Below are positions 10,106-20,356 of a DNA stretch of 64,000 nucleotides, piece after piece. A program made the position numbers and the translations under genes. Numbering within the stretch: the stretch's first letter is position 1; each line of letters opens with the position of its first letter. The stretch covers positions 160,001 to 224,000 of the forward strand of contig CAWHEU010000022.1 in NCBI GenBank assembly GCA_963828465.1, in the 5' to 3' direction. Source of the stretch: an uncultured Acidobacteriota bacterium. Lineage in GTDB: Bacteria > Actinomycetota > Acidimicrobiia > Spongiisociales > ZC4RG35. The notes under the pieces are model-generated. The model was given only the letters and a program-made list of their open reading frames with translations. It searched no databases and was not told the origin of the DNA.

Positions 10106-10648
10106 ATGATCAGCCTGCCCCTCACGCCAGAAAGATTTCCCGACATGGAGGTGGTCTTCGGCGAGCGCGGCGTTGCCCGAAGTTGCTTTTGCATGCACTG
10201 GCGCAGACCCGACGACGGTTTCGGAGACAAGCGGGACAACCGAGATCGTTTCGCCGAGGTGGCGGCCGAAGGACGCCCGCCCGGCTTGCTTGGCTACGTC
10301 GGGCATGACCCTGTCGGGTGGGTCCAGGTCGGCCCGCGTCACGAGTTCCCGACTCTCGACCGATCCCGGCTGCTCAAGCGGGTCGACGATTTGGAGCCCT
10401 GGTCGATCAACTGCTTCGTCGTACGGACGGGCTACCGAAAGCGGGGCGTCGGAGCAGGACTCCTGACCGCCGCCATCGCTTTCGCCAAACACGAGGGGGC
10501 CGAAGTCATCGAGGCCTACCCGGTCGATGGCCCTCGGAGCTCTGCTGTGGACTATTTCACCGGGACGTTGAGCATGTTCAACGAGCACGGTTTCGTCGAG
10601 CTGATCCGCCGCAACGACTCGAGACCGATCGTCAGATTGACGGTCTGA
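10106..10648 (+). CDS. GNAT family N-acetyltransferase
   Basis: CFCMHWR, VGWVQVGPR, WSINCFVV, YRKRGVG acetyl-CoA motif, IEAYP. Start may be GTG 10058. Confidence 0.85.
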   Translation: MISLPLTPERFPDMEVVFGERGVARSCFCMHWRRPDDGFGDKRDNRDRFAEVAAEGRPPGLLGYVGHDPVGWVQVGPRHEFPTLDRSRLLKRVDDLEPWSINCFVVRTGYRKRGVGAGLLTAAIAFAKHEGAEVIEAYPVDGPRSSAVDYFTGTLSMFNEHGFVELIRRNDSRPIVRLTV

Positions 10649-10651
10649 CCC

Positions 10652-11554
10652 TCACATCTCGAAACCAGCCACCGACTCCAAGGCTGAGGCCCTTTCGCCT
10701 CGTCGTTTGCCCAGGGCGCGAAATAGGAGCCCGGCAATCGTGATGGCGCCGATTGTTACCACCATCAGGATGGTGGCCAAGGCGTTGAGGGAAGGTGGCG
10801 GAGCGAGCCGGGCACCCGAGTAGAGCTGCACCGGGATGGTCACGGTCTCCGCGCCCCCCATCAGAAATTGGCTGATGACGAAATCGTCGATTGAGATGGC
10901 AAAGACGATGGCGAGGCTGGCGACAAGGGCTGGAGCGAGAAGAGGGAGGAGCACGCGGCGCATCGCCTCGAATTGGGAAGCCCCAAGGTCCATGGCGGCT
11001 TCCTCGTAGTCCCTGCCAATGGCAAACAGACGCCCCCGAACGATGATCACCACAAAGGAAATCGAGAACGTGACATGTCCCAGGAACTGAGTCCAGGTCC
11101 CGAAGGGAACGAAGTCGTAAACCTCGGCGAAGACCAGAAACAGGGCCACCCCCATCACGATCTCGGGGGTTACCAGGGGGATCAGCATCAACAGATTGGA
11201 CGCCTTGACCCCTCTTCCTCGCCACCTCGCCAGACCGAGCGCAAGGGCGACTCCTATGGGAGTCGCGACGAGCATGGTCAGGATGGCCAGTTTGAGGCTT
11301 TGGTTGAGCGCGAACCGGAGAGAGGGGTCGTACAGCACCGATTCTGCGGCGGCCGGATCACCAACGTACCAGCGAGTGGAAAACCCCTGCCAGGCACTCC
11401 TCGATCTGCCCGAATTGAACGAGAACAGAACCGCTATTCCCACCGGGATGATGGACCAGAGGACGTACAGCAGCGTCACTAGAGGCAGCATCCGCGATTT
11501 GCCCCAGGGGTTGGTAATCGCAGACCGGAGTCGTGAGGGGCTGGTCGTTGTCAC
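10652..11554 (-). CDS. potC: Polyamine ABC transporter permease
   Basis: Multi-TM, EEAAMDLGA EAA loop, SIDDFVIS. Confidence 0.88.
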   Translation of the reverse strand: MTTTSPSRLRSAITNPWGKSRMLPLVTLLYVLWSIIPVGIAVLFSFNSGRSRSAWQGFSTRWYVGDPAAAESVLYDPSLRFALNQSLKLAILTMLVATPIGVALALGLARWRGRGVKASNLLMLIPLVTPEIVMGVALFLVFAEVYDFVPFGTWTQFLGHVTFSISFVVIIVRGRLFAIGRDYEEAAMDLGASQFEAMRRVLLPLLAPALVASLAIVFAISIDDFVISQFLMGGAETVTIPVQLYSGARLAPPPSLNALATILMVVTIGAITIAGLLFRALGKRRGERASALESVAGFEM

Positions 11555-12495
11555 TCTCGTGCCTCCTGCGACGCCTGAGAGATCGAGCGGAGGTAATACA
11601 CCATCAGACCGGCGATGAAGATCATCAGGATGATGGTCAGAGCGGCGCCAACCGCGCCCCCACTGGTGGTCTGATTGATGAATTGGTCGATTGTGTTTCC
11701 GTACATCCGGGTGCGAGGCGATCCCGACAAGAGGTTGGGTGTGTAGTAGTCCCCGAACATCGGGAGCATGATGATGACCAGTCCCCCGAGTACCCCGTTT
11801 CGAGACAGTGGCCAGGTCACTCGCCAGAAGGTCTGCGCATTGTTGGCCCCGAGGTCACGCGAGGCTTCAAGGGTGGCTTCATCGATCCGGTCCAAGGCGG
11901 CGAAGAGAGGGAGGATGAAGAACGGGATGTAGCCGTAGACCAGCCCGAGGATGACGACGACGTGATTGCCGGCGAGCCAGTCGGGCGGCACGAACTCGAT
12001 GGAGAACCAGCTTGCGATGGTGGTCAGCCACCTGTTGACCTGACCGTCCGGGCTGAGCAGATTCACCCAGGACATCATCCGCATCAGGTAGTTGATCCAG
12101 AAAGGCGCCAGGATCAACAGCAGCCACAGCCAACGCCATCGCCCTGCCCTTCTCGACACGAAGTATGCGACCGGGTATCCGACGAGGACACAGATGAGCG
12201 ATGCGATGAAGACATAGGCAAGAGTTCGAAGCGCGATCACGCCAAGCTGACCGCCGAACAGCTCGGCGAAGGCCTCGCCCATGACGGTCAGGTCCCAGTA
12301 GAACGGGTTCCACTCCGGTGTAGCCCTCTGAAGGATCGGGTCGAGCTGGCCCATCGCGATCGCAAACACTGCATAGAACGGGACCAGGAAGAGGAGAATC
12401 AGCCAGAGCACACCGGGAAGGGCAAAGCCAGGCCACACCCATCTTTTTTGCCCGACCGTCGCGTACTCAGCCCCAGAGGCGAGGTTGGTGGGCAT
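11551..12495 (-). CDS. potB: Polyamine ABC transporter permease
   Basis: GYPVAY, PFWINYLMR, LEASRDLGA. Confidence 0.88.
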   Translation of the reverse strand: MPTNLASGAEYATVGQKRWVWPGFALPGVLWLILLFLVPFYAVFAIAMGQLDPILQRATPEWNPFYWDLTVMGEAFAELFGGQLGVIALRTLAYVFIASLICVLVGYPVAYFVSRRAGRWRWLWLLLILAPFWINYLMRMMSWVNLLSPDGQVNRWLTTIASWFSIEFVPPDWLAGNHVVVILGLVYGYIPFFILPLFAALDRIDEATLEASRDLGANNAQTFWRVTWPLSRNGVLGGLVIIMLPMFGDYYTPNLLSGSPRTRMYGNTIDQFINQTTSGGAVGAALTIILMIFIAGLMVYYLRSISQASQEARE

Positions 12496-12514
12496 GACCC
12501 TCTATGCCACCGAG

Positions 12515-13807
12515 TCAGCCACCCGAGTTGGCCCGATTCCATTGTTCGACCCACGACGCCTCGGTAGCCGCGTCGAGCGGGCCTTGGACCCAGGCCGAGT
12601 CCAACTCGAAGTCCTCAGGTGCTACCAGGGCCGGTGCCAGGTGCGGAAGGAGCCATTCCTCGCTGATCAGATACTCGGAAGTGAGGCCGTTCTGTGGCGG
12701 CTGGTAGCCGACGTACTCGAAATTCTTCAGTGCATTGGCCTCGTCGAGCATGTAATTGAGGAACGCATGGGCCAGCACAGGGCGCTCTGAGCCCTTGAGC
12801 ACTGTCATGGTGTCACTCGATATCGCCCCATTGGTGGTCGACCCCTCGCTTTTGGCGGGCCACAGGTATCGCGTGGTCCCCTCATCCTCCCCACCAGGCC
12901 AGAAGTACTGGGAGTTGACCAGGTCGCCTGACCATGCTTGATGGATCGCGTATCTCCCCTCGGGCAGGCCGGCATAACTGCCATCGATCCGATATCTGAT
13001 GTCGACGAGATCGATCAACTCGACCAGGGCGTCACCGGCGGCGACCAATTCGGCCTCGGTGGCTTGCGATGGGTCGGCCACGCCGTTGTGAAACAGGGCG
13101 ACTGGTATCACATCGGTGAAAGAATCGAGCATGCCGATCATCCCGGAGTATTTCTCGTTCCAGAAGACATCCCAGGGGTTGGCCTGACCCTCGATGTCGG
13201 CGCTGTCGGCGAGGTCGACTCGCCACCCGATGCCCGTCGTGTAGGTCACGTAAGGCACCGTGTAGCGGGATCCCTGGTCGTAGTAGGGATCGGCGAGCTG
13301 CGGCCATACGTTGGCCTGGAGGTTGGGCAGGTAGTCGTGATTGACAGGTTGGATGAGAGATGCGGCGACCGCCACCGGGACTCGCTGTGAGGTGGGGAAC
13401 CAGACGTCGAACTGAACCTCGCCGGACGAGAGACGGGCGAGGGCTTCCTCCTCGTTGACGAAGGTCGTCACCTGGATATCGACGCCGAGCGCCTCCGCAG
13501 CGAGCGGTATGGTCTCCGGGTTCAGGTAGTCCTCCCAGTTGTACAACAGGAGAGGCCCGGCCTCGGGCTCCAGCCCCGACTCGATGGCTGGGTTGTCGTC
13601 GAACAATGGCTGCTGCACCGGGCTGGCTGGGGTGCCCACGGCGAGCTCAGCCGACTCGCCACCTTCCCGGTCACCGCATGCGGCGAGCAGGCTGGGTAGG
13701 GCGGGGAGGGCGATCCCGAGTAGTGCCGCTCGCTGCAGGAAGTCCCTGCGGGTATAGACCCTCTTCCTGTTCTGAGGGATCCAGTTCTCCCGGGGGTGAT
13801 AGGCCAT
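12515..13807 (-). CDS. potD: Polyamine ABC substrate-binding lipoprotein, Tat-exported
   Basis: TRRDFL Tat motif, LAAC lipobox, YNWEDY, VPYVTYTTGI, AWSGD. GAGGAGG RBS. Confidence 0.87.
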   Translation of the reverse strand: MAYHPRENWIPQNRKRVYTRRDFLQRAALLGIALPALPSLLAACGDREGGESAELAVGTPASPVQQPLFDDNPAIESGLEPEAGPLLLYNWEDYLNPETIPLAAEALGVDIQVTTFVNEEEALARLSSGEVQFDVWFPTSQRVPVAVAASLIQPVNHDYLPNLQANVWPQLADPYYDQGSRYTVPYVTYTTGIGWRVDLADSADIEGQANPWDVFWNEKYSGMIGMLDSFTDVIPVALFHNGVADPSQATEAELVAAGDALVELIDLVDIRYRIDGSYAGLPEGRYAIHQAWSGDLVNSQYFWPGGEDEGTTRYLWPAKSEGSTTNGAISSDTMTVLKGSERPVLAHAFLNYMLDEANALKNFEYVGYQPPQNGLTSEYLISEEWLLPHLAPALVAPEDFELDSAWVQGPLDAATEASWVEQWNRANSGG

Positions 13808-13834
13808 GTTTCCTCCTCGGCGCTGCGCGAGACA

Positions 13835-13850
13835 CTAAACCGCCGTTCAG
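13835..13850. promoter_or_regulatory. Putative TetR operator copy 3 (CTAAAC-CGCC-GTTCAG)
   Basis: One mismatch to the palindrome; 28 nt upstream of the potD start. Confidence 0.65.
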
Positions 13851-13862
13851 GTATCGCGTCGG

Positions 13863-14474
13863 TCAAACACGGGTATTGAGCGCCAACTCAACGAAGTCAA
13901 ACGCCAGCTTTCGCATACGGGTCGCGTCCACCGTGGGGTCCCGCAGCATTACTTCGATGGCGAGACCGTCGAGAAGCGCGGCGAGCTGGATGGAAAAGTC
14001 GGAGGCGTCCACATCGGTGAACTCGCCGGCCGCGATCCCTTCTTCGACGATCGAGGCGATCTGCACCCTCCATGATTCGTCGAGTCGCGCTCGGGCTGCG
14101 GCCAGCGTCGGATCGTGTCGTGACATCTCCCAGGCTGCCGGCCACAGCACCCACCCATCGAGGTCTCCGTTGCCACGAGTTGGCTTGGGGCAACTGGCTT
14201 CTATGAGGATGTCGAGCTTGGCGGCGGCGGAGGTCGCGTTGTCCAGCTCGCCTTTGACCGCCTCGTGGAACATCTGGTCCTGATAGACGAGCGCCTCTGT
14301 CAACAGGGCGGCCTTTGACGGGAAGTAATACAGGATGAGGGCGGGACTGGCCCCGATGTGATCGGCGATATCGGCGATTCGTGTCTCGCACAATCCCCTG
14401 TCGGCGATGGTGGCGCTGGTGGCGGCCAGGATCTCATTGCGTCGGGTGGCAGTCAGGCTGGGTCGAGGGCTCAC
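13863..14474 (-). CDS. TetR family regulator (BetI-like C-terminal domain)
   Basis: TRIADIADHIGASPALILYYFPSKAAL HTH; GIAAGEF...ALLDGLAI C-terminus. Confidence 0.9.
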   Translation of the reverse strand: MSPRPSLTATRRNEILAATSATIADRGLCETRIADIADHIGASPALILYYFPSKAALLTEALVYQDQMFHEAVKGELDNATSAAAKLDILIEASCPKPTRGNGDLDGWVLWPAAWEMSRHDPTLAAARARLDESWRVQIASIVEEGIAAGEFTDVDASDFSIQLAALLDGLAIEVMLRDPTVDATRMRKLAFDFVELALNTRV

Positions 14475-14532
14475 CCGGCAATCTTGGCACAGCGTCGGCG
14501 ACCATTGCGGTGGCGCCGTCGCCGCCGGTACG

Positions 14533-14548
14533 CTGAACAGCCGTTCAG
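14533..14548. promoter_or_regulatory. Putative TetR operator copy 4 (CTGAAC-AGCC-GTTCAG)
   Basis: Perfect palindrome in the divergent tetR/CoA-ligase gap, the usual autoregulatory position. Confidence 0.72.
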
Positions 14549-14560
14549 GATCCCTTCACG

Positions 14561-16603
14561 ATGATGTCACTCGACCCCATGCTCAAGGCCCGATCCGTCG
14601 CTGTCGTGGGCGCGAGCGAGCGGGCCGGGTCGGTGGGCGACCAGACGATCAGGCAGCTGGTCTCGGGAGGCTTCGAAGGGGTAGTGCAAGCAGTCAACCC
14701 TCGCTACGAGTCGGTGCACGGCGTCAGCGCCGTCTCTTCGCTGGAGGACATCGGCTCATCGGTGGACCTGGCGGTGCTGGCCGTTGCGAACGGCCAACTC
14801 GAAACGGAGATGGAGAAGGCCCTGAGCACTGGCGCACGCTCGGTGGCGATCTTCGCCAGTTGTCACGGAGAAGCAGCGGGTGGCGGGTCGCTTCGAGACC
14901 GGCTCCGCGACCTGGCCAATAGATCTGGTGTCCCGATCTGTGGCGGCAATGGGATGGGCTTTCTCAATGTGGAGGAGAGAATCCGGGTCTGCGGTTTCTA
15001 CCAACCGGAAGACCTGCGGCCCGGAGGGGTGACATTTCTCAGCCACTCTGGATCCCTTTTCTCGGCAATGCTGCACAACCAGCGAGGGATCAGGTTCAAT
15101 CTCGTCGTCTCCACCGGCCTCGAAATCAACACGCCGATGGACGCATACATGCGGTGGGCGCTCGACCTGGAGTCGACCAGGGTCCTCGCCTTGTTTCTCG
15201 AGACGATCCGTGATCCGGACGGGTTTCGTCAGGCCCTCGCCCGAGCCGATGAGATGGACGTGCCCGTCATCGCTTTGAAAGTGGGCGCTACCCGCAAAGG
15301 CCAGGAGGCGGTTGCCACGCATTCAGAGGGCCTCGCTGGCGATGACGCCGTCTACGAGGCGCTTTTCGAGGCTCATGGCGTCCACCGCGTGTGGAGCATG
15401 GACGAGATGGCCGACACCGTTGAGTTGTTCGCCTCTGGCCGCAGGGCCACCGCATCGGGTCTCGCCGCCGTCCATGACTCGGGTGGCGAGAGGGCGCTCC
15501 TCATCGACACCGCCGATCGGGCCGGTGTCGCGCTGCCTCCACTGGCAGAGGGGGCGACGGCGCGGCTGTCGCGGGTCCTCGACCCCGGTCTCGAACCCGT
15601 CAACCCGATCGACGCCTGGGGCACGGGCCGGGACGCCGAGGGAGTGTTCGTCGAATGTCTCCAAGCTGTCGCCGACGACCCTGCGGTCGGGGCGGTCGCC
15701 TTTTGCGTCGACCTCACCGCCGAGGAGAAACCCGACTACGCCTATTCCGACGCAGCGTTCACAGTGGCCGGCCTCACCGGCAAGCCGCTGATGGTGCTGA
15801 GCAACCTTACGACGACGATCGATCCGGCTCAGGCCGGAAGACTTCGGGAGGGGGGCATTCCGATCCTCGAGGGCACCGAGACCGGGCTCCGCGCCATACG
15901 TCATTTGCTTGATCGTCACGAACGATCGATACGACCGCCCGTGTTGTCGAGAATCAGCCCTCCATCCAACCCGGTGCCGGCCGTGGCGGGCGAAGCCGCT
16001 GCTCTACGAGTCCTGGACTCATATGGCATCTCGGTGCCGCGCTTCGAGGTCGTTGCCGATAAGGCTGGGCTATTAGAAGCCGCAGAGCGGATCGGTTACC
16101 CGGTCGTCTTGAAGACGGCCGAGCCGATTGATCACAAGACAGAGCAGGGCGGAGTCGTGGTCGGCCTCGAAGACGAACCCAGGCTCGCGGACGCATACCG
16201 GGATCTGGCGTCCAGGCTCGGGCCCCGTGTCTTGGTGGCTGAGCAGATCCCGCACGGGGTGGAGATGGGCCTGGGGATGGTCGATGACGAGCAATTCGGC
16301 CCGGTGGTGATCATTTCGGCTGGGGGCGGTCTCATAGAGACCATGTCGGATCGGGTGGCGGTGTTGCCACCAATCGACAGAGCGGGGGCGGTGCGAGCTC
16401 TTGACCGCTTACGGATCCGCCATGTTCTCGAAGGGGTCCGGGGACGGCCACCCGCTGACCTCGACTCCCTGGCCGACGTGATTGCCCGCTTCTCCGAGAT
16501 GGCCGCAGACGGAGCCGGCCTGATCGGGGCCATCGACGTCAACCCCATCATCGCCGGCCCGGCCGGAGCGGTAGCCGTAGATGCCTTGATCAAGCCACGA
16601 TGA
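14561..16603 (+). CDS. Acetate/acyl-CoA ligase (ADP-forming), fused alpha/beta
   Basis: SVAVVGAS CoA-binding domain, GGNGMG, SHSG, ATHSEGLAG phospho-His region, ATP-grasp GYPVVLK...HKTEQGGV...DVNP. Confidence 0.88.
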   Translation: MMSLDPMLKARSVAVVGASERAGSVGDQTIRQLVSGGFEGVVQAVNPRYESVHGVSAVSSLEDIGSSVDLAVLAVANGQLETEMEKALSTGARSVAIFASCHGEAAGGGSLRDRLRDLANRSGVPICGGNGMGFLNVEERIRVCGFYQPEDLRPGGVTFLSHSGSLFSAMLHNQRGIRFNLVVSTGLEINTPMDAYMRWALDLESTRVLALFLETIRDPDGFRQALARADEMDVPVIALKVGATRKGQEAVATHSEGLAGDDAVYEALFEAHGVHRVWSMDEMADTVELFASGRRATASGLAAVHDSGGERALLIDTADRAGVALPPLAEGATARLSRVLDPGLEPVNPIDAWGTGRDAEGVFVECLQAVADDPAVGAVAFCVDLTAEEKPDYAYSDAAFTVAGLTGKPLMVLSNLTTTIDPAQAGRLREGGIPILEGTETGLRAIRHLLDRHERSIRPPVLSRISPPSNPVPAVAGEAAALRVLDSYGISVPRFEVVADKAGLLEAAERIGYPVVLKTAEPIDHKTEQGGVVVGLEDEPRLADAYRDLASRLGPRVLVAEQIPHGVEMGLGMVDDEQFGPVVIISAGGGLIETMSDRVAVLPPIDRAGAVRALDRLRIRHVLEGVRGRPPADLDSLADVIARFSEMAADGAGLIGAIDVNPIIAGPAGAVAVDALIKPR

Positions 16604-17397
16604 GCGGGTCGGTCCTTCTCGTCGAGGACACCGGCCCGATACGCCGACTCACTCTGAACCGGCCGGAGAAGTTGAACGCCCTCGACTCGGCCTTGGTCCA
16701 AGAGCTTTCGGCAGAGCTGGGTATCGCTGGGGACGACATCGGGGTAAGGGTGATCGTGATAGCCGGGGCCGGTCGCTCGTTCTGCGCCGGCTACGACCTC
16801 TCCGAGGAATCGGGGCCGGAGAGCGCCCTGGAGGGTCTCACCAACAGTCTCGATCGATTGCTCGAGATCTTCGACCATCCGCGGCCGATCATCGCCCAGG
16901 TGCATGGCCACTGTCTCGCCGGCGGGTGCGATCTGATGATGATGTGCGACTTGGCCGTGGCGTCGGACGATGCCGTGTTCGGACAGCCCGAGATCCGGTT
17001 TGGCTCGACGGTGGTGGCCCAGGTGATGCCATGGCTGATCGGTGCCCGTCGGGCCAAGGAGCTGATCATGACCGGGCAAGACAAGCTCGACGCCGTGGAA
17101 GCGCATCGCATCGGCCTGGTGAATCGGGTGGTGCCCCGCCAAGACCTGGAAGCAGAAACAATGCGTCTTGCTCGGGAGCTGGCCGTGGTCGACCCGGCAG
17201 TTATGACTCTCACCAAGCGGGCCATCAACCGCTCATGGGAGGCGGCCGGCTTCCGTCAGGCTCTGATCGAAGGCGTCGAGCTGGCCGCCGAAATCGAAGC
17301 CGCCCGAGCCCCCGAACGCGAGGAATTCGATCGCATCGCAGCAGACGAGGGCCTCAAGGAGGCGATCCGCTGGCGGGATCAGCGGTTCGAGGGCTAG
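16600..17397 (+). CDS. Enoyl-CoA hydratase/isomerase family protein
   Basis: [31 protein letters not shown]. Confidence 0.9.
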   Translation: MSGSVLLVEDTGPIRRLTLNRPEKLNALDSALVQELSAELGIAGDDIGVRVIVIAGAGRSFCAGYDLSEESGPESALEGLTNSLDRLLEIFDHPRPIIAQVHGHCLAGGCDLMMMCDLAVASDDAVFGQPEIRFGSTVVAQVMPWLIGARRAKELIMTGQDKLDAVEAHRIGLVNRVVPRQDLEAETMRLARELAVVDPAVMTLTKRAINRSWEAAGFRQALIEGVELAAEIEAARAPEREEFDRIAADEGLKEAIRWRDQRFEG

Positions 17398-18182
17398 CTG
17401 TCCTCGGCCCGCTGCGCATAGCGCTGGGCCAGGATGATCGGTATGAAGGTGATGACGATCACGAAAACTGCCACCACGTTGGTGACGGGGCGGTTACGGG
17501 GTCGGACCAACGAGGAGAAGATCCAGATGGGGAGGGTCTGCTGATTCCCTGCAGTGAAGGTGGTGACGATGATCTCATCGAAGGAGAGGGCGAAGGCGAG
17601 CATCCCCCCGACCAGCATGGCGGGGGCGAGTTGGGGGAGCAGTACGTGACGAAACGTCTGCCACCCCCGAGCCCCGAGGTCCATGGATGCCTCCAGGATG
17701 TTGGGTGAGGTCCGTCTCATCCGGGCGATGACGTTGTTGAAAGCCACCGCCACGCAAAAGGTGGCGTGCCCGATCACCAGAGTCCAGAAGGAGAAAGAGA
17801 GGCTGCCCAGATTGATCGCAGACCGCAAGGCGATGCCGGTGATGATTCCGGGCAGGGCGATGGGGAGGATGATGAAGAGGCTGAGCGTGTTCTTCCCGAA
17901 GAAGTTGGTTCTCCATACCGCCGCCGCGGCGAGGGTGCCCACCACCAGGGCGACCACGGTCGAGATTGCGGCCACCCGGAGGGAGAGGCCCAACGCCGCC
18001 CTGATCTCCGAGTTCTGCCAGGCCACTCCGAACCATTCTGTGGTGAGGCCGGGAGGCGGGAACCGAAAGCTGGCGGATTCGGTGGTGAAGGCATAGAGGA
18101 AAACGAAGAGGATGGGGACATGCAGGTAGGCGAGGGTTAATCCCGCCGCCAGCTTCAACCCGAGGCTCGCCTTGGTCCTCAC
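17394..18182 (-). CDS. ABC permease (YdcV/PotC-like)
   Basis: [23 protein letters not shown]. Confidence 0.88.
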   Translation of the reverse strand: MRTKASLGLKLAAGLTLAYLHVPILFVFLYAFTTESASFRFPPPGLTTEWFGVAWQNSEIRAALGLSLRVAAISTVVALVVGTLAAAAVWRTNFFGKNTLSLFIILPIALPGIITGIALRSAINLGSLSFSFWTLVIGHATFCVAVAFNNVIARMRRTSPNILEASMDLGARGWQTFRHVLLPQLAPAMLVGGMLAFALSFDEIIVTTFTAGNQQTLPIWIFSSLVRPRNRPVTNVVAVFVIVITFIPIILAQRYAQRAEDS

Positions 18183-19111
18183 AACGCCTCGAATGCGCCG
18201 AAGCGCCTCGCCGCGGTCAGGTAAATGGCCATCACCGCGATCGGGATGAAGGAGAACGCTGCGGCCAGTGGGAGGTTGCCGGCCACGCCCTGGTAGGAGT
18301 AAATAGCCAAGCCGATGAACGGGCTGGAGTCGCCGATGATGGTGGGGATGATGTAGTCACCCAGGGTCAGGGAGAAGGTGAAGATCGACCCGGCGGCGAC
18401 GCCCGGGATAGCCATCGGCCAGGTCACCTTGCGGAATGTCACCGCTGGCTGGGCTCCGAGGTCGGCTGAAGCCTCGAGCAGTGAGCCAGGCACCCTTTCC
18501 AGCGAGGCATGGATCGGGAGGATCATGTAGGGCAGCCAGATGTAGACGAAGACCAGAAACTGGCCGAAGAGTGATATCGAGAGCGAAGGCCCTCCGATCA
18601 CCGGGGTGTCCAGGAACCACCTGAGCGCCACCCCCAAGCCCAACCTTTCCACAAACCAGTTGATGATCCCGTCGGCAGCCAGGATCAACTTCCACGAATA
18701 GACCCTGACCAGATAAGAAGACCAGAGAGGCACCAACACCGCCAGGACGAGCAGGGCTTTCACCTGCTTCCGGGCGTAGCGGGCCATGTAGTAGGCGAGG
18801 GGGAAGGCAATGATGACCGAGGCCACGGTGACCGCCGCCGCCATTCCCACGGTTCGGACCATTACGGCGACGTTGGCCTCGGTGAACAGCTGTCTCCACG
18901 AGTCGAGAGAGAACGCGTCCCCGATCACCCCGCTGAAGGTGTCCAGGGCATAGAAGCTCTGGACGAGTAAGGCACCCAGGCTTCCCCCATAGATCCCGAC
19001 CAGCCAGATCACAGGCAGAGCCAGGAGCAAGAGGACCTTCAGCCAGGGGCGCTGGTGAAGACTTCTCGCGATGCGATGAGTAAGGGTCGGGCCCTTCGTG
19101 TCCGTCGTCAT
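18179..19111 (-). CDS. ABC permease (YdcU/PotB-like)
   Basis: [28 protein letters not shown]. Confidence 0.88.
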   Translation of the reverse strand: MTTDTKGPTLTHRIARSLHQRPWLKVLLLLALPVIWLVGIYGGSLGALLVQSFYALDTFSGVIGDAFSLDSWRQLFTEANVAVMVRTVGMAAAVTVASVIIAFPLAYYMARYARKQVKALLVLAVLVPLWSSYLVRVYSWKLILAADGIINWFVERLGLGVALRWFLDTPVIGGPSLSISLFGQFLVFVYIWLPYMILPIHASLERVPGSLLEASADLGAQPAVTFRKVTWPMAIPGVAAGSIFTFSLTLGDYIIPTIIGDSSPFIGLAIYSYQGVAGNLPLAAAFSFIPIAVMAIYLTAARRFGAFEAL

Positions 19112-19122
19112 GTGCAGTGCTC

Positions 19123-19155
19123 GATGTGGGTGGCTCCCCGGCAGCCACCCACATC
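19123..19155 (-). terminator. Intercistronic stem-loop after the substrate-binding protein gene
   Basis: GATGTGGGTGGCT-N7-AGCCACCCACATC, perfect 13-bp stem with no U-tract; likely an mRNA stabiliser or partial terminator. Confidence 0.6.
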
Positions 19156-19168
19156 ACGAGCGAGTCGC

Positions 19169-20356
19169 TCAGCGTCCGCCGATCACCGCCAGGTAGTCGG
19201 TGACCCACCGGTAGTAGGGGACACAGGTACCTGTGGACTCCGTTCCGTTGCAGTCGTCGGTCGGGGTCTTCCAGAACAGGATCTCGTCGAAGGACTCGCT
19301 CCCGTTGTTGGCACAGCCGTCCGGGCCGAGCAGCTCGTTGCCTTCACATGCATCGGGGACAGCCGGCACCGTCCCGAACCAGGCCGCCAGGTCGCCTTGG
19401 AGCTTGGGGTTCAGCGAGTGCTCCATCCACATGTATGCGCAATTGGGATTGGGAGCGTTCGAGCTCAGCATCGTGGTGTCGGCCCAGCCGGTAGCTCCTT
19501 CGACCGGAACCACCTTGTCGATCGGCTCACCGCTCGCCTGCAAGACGTTGGTCTGGAACGGCCAGGTCGAGGAGGCGGCGACGCCCTCGTTGGTGAAGTC
19601 GTCGATCTGGATGAAGGCGTCGTGCCAATAGCGACCGATCAGGGCCCGCTGTTGGCGCAGCAGGTCGAGAGCCGCCTGGTACTGGTCCTCGTTTAGCTGG
19701 TAAGGGTCTTCGATCCCGAGATCGGGCTGGGTGGCGCTCAGGTAGAGGGCGGCGTCGGCGATGTAAATCGGGCCGTCATAGGCCTGAACCCGTCCTGCAT
19801 TCGACTCACCATCGGGGAGGGTTGTCTCCTCAAAGACCACGCTCCACGAGTCGGGCGGTGTGTCACCGAAGACCTCGGTGTTGTACCCGAGGACGTTGAA
19901 GCCCTCCGCATACGGCGTCCCGTAGTGCTTGCCGTCGATGGTGTGCCACTCGGCGTCCTGAAGACGGGAGTCGATCGTGTCCCAACTCTCGATCAGGTCG
20001 GTGTTGATTTCCTGAACGGCTCCACCTGCGATGAGACGGAGACTGGAGTCGCCGGAGGCGGTTACCAGGTCGTACTCCTCGGAGCCGGTCATCAGCGCAA
20101 CCATCTCGTCCGATGTGCCCGCGACCTTGTTTTCGACCATGCAGCCTGTCTCTTCTTCGAACTGGGTCACCCAGTCGAACGCGGGGTCGGTTTCACCCCG
20201 CTCGATGTAGCCCGCCCAGGAGACGATGACGACATTCCCCTCGCCTTCACCGATCTCGGTGGGGAGTTCGGCACCCTCCTCGCCTCCTGAGCTAGTACAC
20301 GCGGTCGCCAATAAGGCGAACGCCGTGATCAGGAGAATCAGCTTTCTTGATCTCAT
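19169..20356 (-). CDS. ABC substrate-binding lipoprotein (YdcS-like, putrescine/GABA-type)
   Basis: LATAC lipobox, [40 protein letters not shown]. Confidence 0.87.
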   Translation of the reverse strand: MRSRKLILLITAFALLATACTSSGGEEGAELPTEIGEGEGNVVIVSWAGYIERGETDPAFDWVTQFEEETGCMVENKVAGTSDEMVALMTGSEEYDLVTASGDSSLRLIAGGAVQEINTDLIESWDTIDSRLQDAEWHTIDGKHYGTPYAEGFNVLGYNTEVFGDTPPDSWSVVFEETTLPDGESNAGRVQAYDGPIYIADAALYLSATQPDLGIEDPYQLNEDQYQAALDLLRQQRALIGRYWHDAFIQIDDFTNEGVAASSTWPFQTNVLQASGEPIDKVVPVEGATGWADTTMLSSNAPNPNCAYMWMEHSLNPKLQGDLAAWFGTVPAVPDACEGNELLGPDGCANNGSESFDEILFWKTPTDDCNGTESTGTCVPYYRWVTDYLAVIGGR

